64,000 bases of DNA from a virus (lineage: Duplodnaviria > Caudoviricetes), in IMG/VR virus record IMGVR_UViG_3300028591_000082; one strand, 5' to 3'. Under the pieces are notes generated by a model that was given only the letters and a program-made list of their open reading frames with translations, searched no databases and was not told where the DNA came from. Below are positions 57,963 to 64,000 of this stretch, piece by piece (the stretch's first letter is position 1; each line of letters begins with the position of its first letter). The position numbers and the translations under genes were made by a program.

Positions 57963-59033
57963 CTAACTAATGGTTATTATATTTTTACCATTTTTCTTAG
58001 AGTTATATAATAATTCATCTGCTTTCTTTACTATATTTTCATTTGACTCAAAATCAGTAATTCCTATGGAAACTGTTGCTTCAAATCCAAGTTCATTAAC
58101 CATTTTCTGTAGGAATATTAATTGTTTTAATTCCAAATATTTTTTAAGTTCTTCTTTAACAAAATGAGATAAAACAACAAATTCGTCTCCGTGAATTCTG
58201 TATAAAACACAATGTTTTCCAGAAAAAGATTCTGCAAATTTTATTAAAGTTTTATCTCCGATATCATGCCCATATGTGTCATTTATTGATTTAAAATCAT
58301 CTATATCAATATAAGCAATTGACTTATAATCAATTTCTTTTATATCATTCAAAAGTTTTACTTCGTTAAATAAATTTGTAAGATGGTCATACATAAGTTT
58401 ATTACTTGCATTATCAGCATCTATTACAGATTCAACTACCTTTTCTGATATTATATAAATAAGTTTTTGTATTTCTTTGCAAGTAAAGTACATTGCTATA
58501 TAAATAGAAAGAACTATACTACTTATAAATATGTAAACTTTTGGATTTGAAGGGTATGCACTTAATACTTTAAATTTATGCATAAGTACTTGATAAGTTG
58601 TATATATTATTATAAGCAATATACCAGCCATAAAATTTTTAAAAAGTGTTTTCTTATCAAATGGTATTAATATAATTATTTGAGCTAGTACAGTAACTAT
58701 AAGAAAATCAAATCTTATTGTAAAAAAACAATAGACCGCACAAGCAAATAAGTAGTATGAAGAGAGTATATCTATTTGTTTGTTTATACTATTAGCGTTT
58801 TTATTTAGATACGACGAAACGAAATACCCAGTAAAATTCAACAAAGCTGGAGTAGCCGCAATAAATATTTCATATGGCTCACCTCCATTGTTCATAATTG
58901 TAATACCTATAAATATTTCAACAATACTTATTATACTTACAACAATTAAAAGAGCTTTGTAGAAGTTATCTATGTATTTTTTTTTGAATTCTTGAGTAAT
59001 TTTTTCTTTTATTTTTAAATGGTTAAATTGCAT
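57963..59033 (-). CDS. Membrane-anchored GGDEF-domain protein with HGDEF variant
   Basis: About five TMs; DHLTNLFN, IDIDDFKSINDTYGHDIGD, RIHGDEF, TVSIG, ADELLY..K.NGKN. Confidence 0.9.
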   Translation of the reverse strand: MQFNHLKIKEKITQEFKKKYIDNFYKALLIVVSIISIVEIFIGITIMNNGGEPYEIFIAATPALLNFTGYFVSSYLNKNANSINKQIDILSSYYLFACAVYCFFTIRFDFLIVTVLAQIIILIPFDKKTLFKNFMAGILLIIIYTTYQVLMHKFKVLSAYPSNPKVYIFISSIVLSIYIAMYFTCKEIQKLIYIISEKVVESVIDADNASNKLMYDHLTNLFNEVKLLNDIKEIDYKSIAYIDIDDFKSINDTYGHDIGDKTLIKFAESFSGKHCVLYRIHGDEFVVLSHFVKEELKKYLELKQLIFLQKMVNELGFEATVSIGITDFESNENIVKKADELLYNSKKNGKNIITIS

Positions 59034-59138
59034 ATTGCTTCTAGTCTTCTTTATCTTTTTTAAAATAGTAAATAGAAATAAAATTATATTAAACTTTTTT
59101 CTGATATACTATATTATTAAGATAAAATTTGTGGGAAT

Positions 59139-59651
59139 ATGGAAACAGATACAGAGATCTGCATCAAAAGCCATATAAAAAGCGTTCAAGAAAAGCTTAA
59201 GGTCCTCATAGAAGAATTACAACAAAGACTCAAAAACCATGATAAGTCCAAATTGGAAAAAGAACTACCATTTTGGGAGGCTATGGATAAAGAGCCAAAA
59301 TATACTTATGGAACCCAAGAATATTTTGAAAAGGCTAGAAGAAACAAAATGGTTTTTGAAATGCATTACAAAAATAACAGACATCACCCAGAACATTTTA
59401 TAAATGGAGTAAGTGATATGAATCTCATTGATATTATTGAAATGCTTTGTGATTGGATTTCATACAAAGATGATATATCCATAACTGATGCTGTTGAAAT
59501 AATAGAAGAGCAAAGTGAAAGATTTGGATTTAGTGATGAACTAAAAAATCTTATGATTAACACTTTGTTTGAATATTTTGCAAAACTAAGAATGCCTGCA
59601 GAATCAACAATTCATATATTAGGTGCAGACATTCCAGTTTCAAATTTTTAG
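59139..59651 (+). CDS. HD-like phage protein (DUF5662-like)
   Basis: H...V...HD.SK...HY..NRHHPEH...M...D..EM.CDW. Confidence 0.75.
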   Translation: METDTEICIKSHIKSVQEKLKVLIEELQQRLKNHDKSKLEKELPFWEAMDKEPKYTYGTQEYFEKARRNKMVFEMHYKNNRHHPEHFINGVSDMNLIDIIEMLCDWISYKDDISITDAVEIIEEQSERFGFSDELKNLMINTLFEYFAKLRMPAESTIHILGADIPVSNF

Positions 59652-59908
59652 AAAATTATTTCCCCGTTTTCATCGTATAAACCTTCATCATTAAATCCAT
59701 TAAGGATATCACGAAGTTTCTTTCCTTCTTCTCCAGTCAATGTAATTCCTTTTCCACATTTTTTGTGGTCTGGGCTCCAAGGTCTTATATCAAGTTTTGG
59801 AGCTGCCCCATTCCAAGAAATAACATTAAATTCTGTATTCCAAAGACCTTCTTCATTTTCGGTTAAATTACCGATATGCTTTTTAATTTCAAAAGTTATA
59901 TCTGCCAT
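59648..59908 (-). CDS. YdbC/PC4-like ssDNA-binding protein
   Basis: FEIKKHIG.L...W..E.N.ISWNG..PK.DIR.WSPDH.K.GKGITLT. Confidence 0.88.
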   Translation of the reverse strand: MADITFEIKKHIGNLTENEEGLWNTEFNVISWNGAAPKLDIRPWSPDHKKCGKGITLTGEEGKKLRDILNGFNDEGLYDENGEIIF

Positions 59909-59911
59909 ATT

Positions 59912-60154
59912 TTATTTAAGTTCTGCCCAATACTCGTGTCCACCTGCACATTTGTATTTTGCATATACTTTATCTCCTTCTATTTTATATGGATCTGTTG
60001 CTCTCCAAGCTATATTTATATAATGTCCTGGCCACTTCTTTGCTGTTTCAACACATTTAGCACATTTTACACTATAGCAAGAGTGTTTATAATTGCTGCT
60101 ACTTAAAACCAACATACCTGCAAGAACAATAATTAAAGCAAAAATTTTTTTCAT
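59912..60154 (-). CDS. Small secreted Cys-containing protein
   Basis: Signal peptide; CAKC and YKCAGGH. Confidence 0.55.
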   Translation of the reverse strand: MKKIFALIIVLAGMLVLSSSNYKHSCYSVKCAKCVETAKKWPGHYINIAWRATDPYKIEGDKVYAKYKCAGGHEYWAELK

Positions 60155-60178
60155 ATATTCTCCACTTAAAAATAACTT

Positions 60179-60682
60179 TTAGTTAATTTTAGTGATATAT
60201 GAATTTGTGTCAACTTCATAGAGATTAATGTTGTCAACCATAGCCAAAGAAACTGTATTAAATCTTATGAAGTTATTATACTGTCTTTCAAGTACTTCAC
60301 GAGGAACATTTGAACGATCTTTTCCGTCTGCAAGATCTTTCTGAATACGGCTCCAGCAAAGTTCCTTGTTGCGGCTATCTGTCATTAAAAATACTTCTAC
60401 GTCATTAAACGGGAATCTTTCTGCAAGTTCCTTTATTTTTTCTGCGTGAAGATTTGTGTTTGAGATAAATACAGAATAACCTCCTGCAAGATACATTACC
60501 ATTGCTTTATCAATTTCTTCAAAAACAACTTTGTTTATATCCTGGTCGTTCACACCTTTGCCAAGTGCTTTTCGATAGTTATCTGCATTAAGCTCTATAG
60601 CTTCGGAAGTTTTGCAAAAAGTTTCTGCAAATCTACTTTTTCCCGAGCCAGATATTCCAACGCTTATATATATTTTTCCCAT
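60179..60682 (-). CDS. Polynucleotide kinase-like P-loop protein (AAA_33)
   Basis: GISGSGKS, AD.YR, NTNL, R...VP..V..RQ. Confidence 0.8.
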   Translation of the reverse strand: MGKIYISVGISGSGKSRFAETFCKTSEAIELNADNYRKALGKGVNDQDINKVVFEEIDKAMVMYLAGGYSVFISNTNLHAEKIKELAERFPFNDVEVFLMTDSRNKELCWSRIQKDLADGKDRSNVPREVLERQYNNFIRFNTVSLAMVDNINLYEVDTNSYITKIN

Positions 60683-60691
60683 AATTTACCT

Positions 60692-60988
60692 CTACATTTT
60701 TGTAGCACCTATAACTTCTTGAAGACCAATTTTCTTTGCAAATTTATTATATACACCATTGATTTCACCTACGTTTATCAAATAGCCTCCACCAAGGTAT
60801 AAGCTAGTCGCTTCAACAAGTTCTTTTCTGAAATCTTGAAAAAGCTTTTTTAGTTCTTTGTTTTCATTTTCGAGAATTTGTATTCTTATTTCTTTTGATG
60901 TAAGAAGAGCCTTTAATGCTTCATCTTCATACTCTTCTTCATGTAAATTCAAATCCATTCCCATAATTACTCCTAACGAGGTAAACAA
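60692..60988 (-). CDS. Hypothetical protein
   Basis: ORF in operon. Confidence 0.5.
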   Translation of the reverse strand: MFTSLGVIMGMDLNLHEEEYEDEALKALLTSKEIRIQILENENKELKKLFQDFRKELVEATSLYLGGGYLINVGEINGVYNKFAKKIGLQEVIGATKM

Positions 60989-61191
60989 TAATCAATAAGC
61001 TCTGATTTTGTTACAGAACCTTTTTCTTTAATAAGCTGCATAACATCTTCTAAAACAAAAGCAGATACACCATCGCTCCATTCAATGTCTACAAGCTTAA
61101 CTCCATCCGATTCCCAAATATTGATGGCGCCACAATCAGTTGGATATAAATTACTTATATGCTTTGTAATATATTTTAATTTGTTTTTCAT
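60973..61191 (-). CDS. Hypothetical protein
   Basis: ORF in operon. Confidence 0.5.
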   Translation of the reverse strand: MKNKLKYITKHISNLYPTDCGAINIWESDGVKLVDIEWSDGVSAFVLEDVMQLIKEKGSVTKSELIDYCLPR

Positions 61192-61529
61192 TATCTATTT
61201 GGATTGCTGCATTCCATACCGCCAATAGCAGTACCCTTGAACCAAGATTTTCTTTCTGCTGTTTTGCCCGTAAACATACCTTCACTTTGAAGAGCATAAT
61301 CATAAAGAGTTATCAAGGCATCGTCTTTTGTCTTTTTGGATTTAACAACTGATATAAATGTTTTGACTTCATTTATTTGAGTTTTAGTTAAATCACTTGA
61401 AGTGTTTTTCAAAAGAGAAAATAAAACCTTTGGAATTTGTTCTAATGTAGCGTCTTTAAGGGCTGGGATTGAATTTACCAGCCCTTTGTAAAACTTATTC
61501 GGTTTTGTCATACTGCTCCAAGAATTCAT
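61191..61529 (-). CDS. Hypothetical protein
   Basis: ORF in operon. Confidence 0.5.
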   Translation of the reverse strand: MNSWSSMTKPNKFYKGLVNSIPALKDATLEQIPKVLFSLLKNTSSDLTKTQINEVKTFISVVKSKKTKDDALITLYDYALQSEGMFTGKTAERKSWFKGTAIGGMECSNPNR

Positions 61530-61860
61530 AAATTGATTCTGGTGTATTTATTTCAAATCTCTTTTTTGGCTTTCCTTTCTCGTCCTTTATTTCGATATAA
61601 GGATTATCCATACCTGGAGTTTCATAAATATACCAAGAGAAGTAGTCGGCGATCACTTCTGGTTTTATATTTGGAAACAGCAAATACAAAATATCAAGAG
61701 TTGCTTCGTAGCAAGTGTGTGAAATAGTAAAATCGAAAATCCGAGTTTCACCGCTTCCATCATCAAGAGCTTTCTCAAACAATCTTGTTTTTGTATCTTC
61801 GATAGACATTGCGTTTTGCAAACGTGCTACCGCTTTTAGAAACATTGCTTTTTTGTCCAT
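61495..61860 (-). CDS. Hypothetical protein
   Basis: GGAGG SD. Confidence 0.55.
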   Translation of the reverse strand: MDKKAMFLKAVARLQNAMSIEDTKTRLFEKALDDGSGETRIFDFTISHTCYEATLDILYLLFPNIKPEVIADYFSWYIYETPGMDNPYIEIKDEKGKPKKRFEINTPESIYEFLEQYDKTE

Positions 61861-63138
61861 TTATGCCTCCAAGCTTTTTAAAACTTCAATATATTCTTTG
61901 TATCCGTCTTTCTTCTGTTTCAAGAAATCCCAATATATTTTGAGATATTCTTTTGGGTCGTGATCTATCGCCTTAAAATAGATAGGGCGGAGATTTGGAG
62001 CAACCTGCTCATTTACCCAAAGAGCAAATTCTTTACGATTTTTCTTGTAGTCATTCAACCAAACATCTGAAGCATAAGCCATAGTTGCAAGGAACTCTTT
62101 GTTGAACTTATTTATTTCTTTTACCTGAGCGTCTGTTTTCTCTTTGAGCTCTGGGAAATCGTCGTGATTCTCGTCAACACAAAGACGCCAAATTCCTTCA
62201 GGTGTATCGTTGTCACGAACATATTTCAAAGCCAAATAAGAAGGTGACTTCATTTTTACGCGAGTCCAATTCTCTTCATCTACTACAACGAAACCTTCCT
62301 GCTCTTCTCCTTTGAACTTTGCAAGAGCTGCGAGAATATCTTCCTTCTTTGAAAGGTTGTAACGTTTAGGAATATCATAAGGTATTCCAAACATTTCCTT
62401 TACTTCTTCAGGTGAATGCTCAACACCATTAGGATCACGAGCACCGTGAAACCATATTTTTATTTCATTGTATTTAACAATGATACGGTTCTGAGGAGAA
62501 GTAAGTTCGAACATTAAAGTCCAACCGTCAGGTATAGCCTTTACCCAATCTGCATCAACATGGAAATCTTCATTTCCAAAATCAACACAGGCAAATTTTC
62601 CTTTTGAACGCATACTTACTTTGAAATCTTCTGTATTATAACCTTTAGGAAAATTTCCACATACTCCGCCAAGAGCAACTGATACGAGCTGCTTGTAATT
62701 TTCGATAGTGTCAGTAGCATAATCAAGAGGAGTATTCAAGCCAGTTCCTCCGTTTGTTACCCAGAAGTCCTCGCCTTTATATTTGAACATCTTTATAAGT
62801 TGTCCATCTATTTTTTCCTCACACTTGAGTTTCTTAGAATCCCAATTGATTATGTCTGCGTGAGGATCGTTTATATCAAAGAACTTTGTGTATGGTGCAC
62901 AAATAACATTTACAGTTCCATCGTCAAGTATTTCCAAAATAGAACCACGACAAGCTTTTACAACATTGTTATCTAAATCAGATTCAAACAAATTGTAATT
63001 AAACATTTTCCAATTTGGGTGCTCTGTAAATGTTGTTATATTTTTAAGGTTGTAAGGAGCTTTCAAAAGCTTCTTATCATAATCCTTTGGGTGTTTTGAT
63101 ACATAGTCTATTAAAGCATTATAATATTTGTTTTCCAT
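61861..63138 (-). CDS. RNA ligase, T4 Rnl1-like
   Basis: CRG.I, KFF.I, EEKIDG, FEL.SP.NRI.V.Y, EGFVV, RVKMK...Y. Confidence 0.9.
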   Translation of the reverse strand: MENKYYNALIDYVSKHPKDYDKKLLKAPYNLKNITTFTEHPNWKMFNYNLFESDLDNNVVKACRGSILEILDDGTVNVICAPYTKFFDINDPHADIINWDSKKLKCEEKIDGQLIKMFKYKGEDFWVTNGGTGLNTPLDYATDTIENYKQLVSVALGGVCGNFPKGYNTEDFKVSMRSKGKFACVDFGNEDFHVDADWVKAIPDGWTLMFELTSPQNRIIVKYNEIKIWFHGARDPNGVEHSPEEVKEMFGIPYDIPKRYNLSKKEDILAALAKFKGEEQEGFVVVDEENWTRVKMKSPSYLALKYVRDNDTPEGIWRLCVDENHDDFPELKEKTDAQVKEINKFNKEFLATMAYASDVWLNDYKKNRKEFALWVNEQVAPNLRPIYFKAIDHDPKEYLKIYWDFLKQKKDGYKEYIEVLKSLEA

Positions 63139-63146
63139 ATTACCTC

Positions 63147-63677
63147 CTAACTGGCAAAAACTTGATAAGCCAATTTCTTGGTTTGTTCCGACAAGTCTCT
63201 TGCCATAACTAAGTCTGAAGTGTTTTTAAGCATACGTACATATGCTTTGTCCTGAGGTTGGTCGTTTATATTGTATAACATATCTGCAAGCTTAACAAAA
63301 AGAGCATCTTCGGAAATGCGAGTAAGTTTCTCGCTCATATATGCTTCTTTGCCAAGTTTCTCTACGTCAAATTTCGAATTTGTAAGTTCCCAAACCATTT
63401 TAGCAACATTGTCACCAAAAATAGTTCTGAGTTCCAATGAAGATGTTTCAGTATCTTCAAGCGTGTCATGAAGTAAGGCGGCATTTATCTGATCGATAGT
63501 TCCACCATTTTCAAGTACAATCATAGCAACACCTTTTGGGTGAACAAAATATGGCAGCCCAGAACCTTTTCTTACGGCTCCAGTCTGTTTATGTTTGTAC
63601 TTTGCGAAGGCATATGCAGCCCTACACTCAATTGGAAAGTCTGCCATTTTGATTCTTTGAAAAATTGTCTCATACAT
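63147..63677 (-). CDS. Stand-alone RelA/SpoT-type HD hydrolase (Mesh1/SAH-like)
   Basis: RKGSGLPY..HP..VA, AALLHDTLEDT, FG..VA..V..LT, VKLAD...N. Confidence 0.88.
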   Translation of the reverse strand: MYETIFQRIKMADFPIECRAAYAFAKYKHKQTGAVRKGSGLPYFVHPKGVAMIVLENGGTIDQINAALLHDTLEDTETSSLELRTIFGDNVAKMVWELTNSKFDVEKLGKEAYMSEKLTRISEDALFVKLADMLYNINDQPQDKAYVRMLKNTSDLVMARDLSEQTKKLAYQVFAS

Positions 63678-63689
63678 AATATGCCTCCT

Positions 63690-63878
63690 TTATCGTGGAA
63701 TATACTTATCAGCATATTCAAGTTTAAGCTTATTGGGAACAATTCCAATTTGAGTATTTAAAAGTTCATTATGCAATGATTGCAATCTTAAAAGCCTTTC
63801 AATAGCTTGCAGCTCATTGTAATCAAGTTTTTCTTGATTTTTGATTTTATCAAAAAGTTTTTGTTCCCAATCTCCCAT
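63690..63878 (-). CDS. Hypothetical protein
   Basis: GGGGAG SD; coupled ORF. Confidence 0.45.
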   Translation of the reverse strand: MGDWEQKLFDKIKNQEKLDYNELQAIERLLRLQSLHNELLNTQIGIVPNKLKLEYADKYIPR

Positions 63879-64000
63879 TACTGCTCCCCTTTTATATCCT
63901 TAAGTGCCTCGTACTTTGCTTTAAGCACCATCATTTGCTGTATTTGATTCTCAAGTCTTGCATTTCTTTTACGCTGTAGACTTAGTTCTCTTCTGCGATG

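Noticed and set aside
1468-63761. Many short antisense or overlapping ORFs in the track (e.g. 3759..4133, 15028..15321, 24043..24441, 41713..42207, 29399..29659)
   Set aside because: They are shadows of real genes: no SD, biased composition, no motifs.
1-64000. Stop-codon reassignment (TAG or TGA) as in some gut jumbo phages
   Set aside because: Long conserved genes are intact in code 11. TAG and TGA terminate genes directly before the next SD/start (e.g. 9900, ATGA overlaps). The only in-frame stop noticed is a single TAA.

Overview
An AT-rich, gene-dense 64-kb segment of a large T4-like myovirus (probably a jumbo phage) using standard code 11. The host is most likely a spirochete (Treponema-like), inferred from the FlaB-type flagellin and spirochete-style lipoprotein signal peptides. 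The window opens with the 3' end of a gp23-like major capsid gene. A ~15-kb block of putative virion decoration/fibre genes follows, built from four reused N-terminal modules and interleaved with two GT2 glycosyltransferases and a UDP-glucose dehydrogenase. Next come three Cys-rich proteins around a perfect 41-bp palindrome, then a complete flagellin gene with a sigma28-like promoter and a CsrA-like hairpin over its ribosome-binding site. The middle holds Pth2, lipoproteins, two DNA methyltransferases, dUTPase, gp46/gp47, a candidate origin, UvsW, and neck, tail-terminator and tail-sheath genes. The right arm (minus strand) carries a peptidase, two Hsp20 proteins, a split NAD+ DNA ligase interrupted by eight ORFs including a six-gene paralog array, a membrane HGDEF cyclase-like protein, Pnk, Rnl1 and a (p)ppGpp-hydrolase-like HD protein. 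Three further promoter classes can be read from the sequence: sigma70-like, TTGCACCCTG-N20-TATAAT, and late AAGWTAAT, which often appears to give leaderless mRNA. No tRNA, rRNA, CRISPR array or integrase was seen. All protein calls come from motif recognition by eye; no database searches were run.
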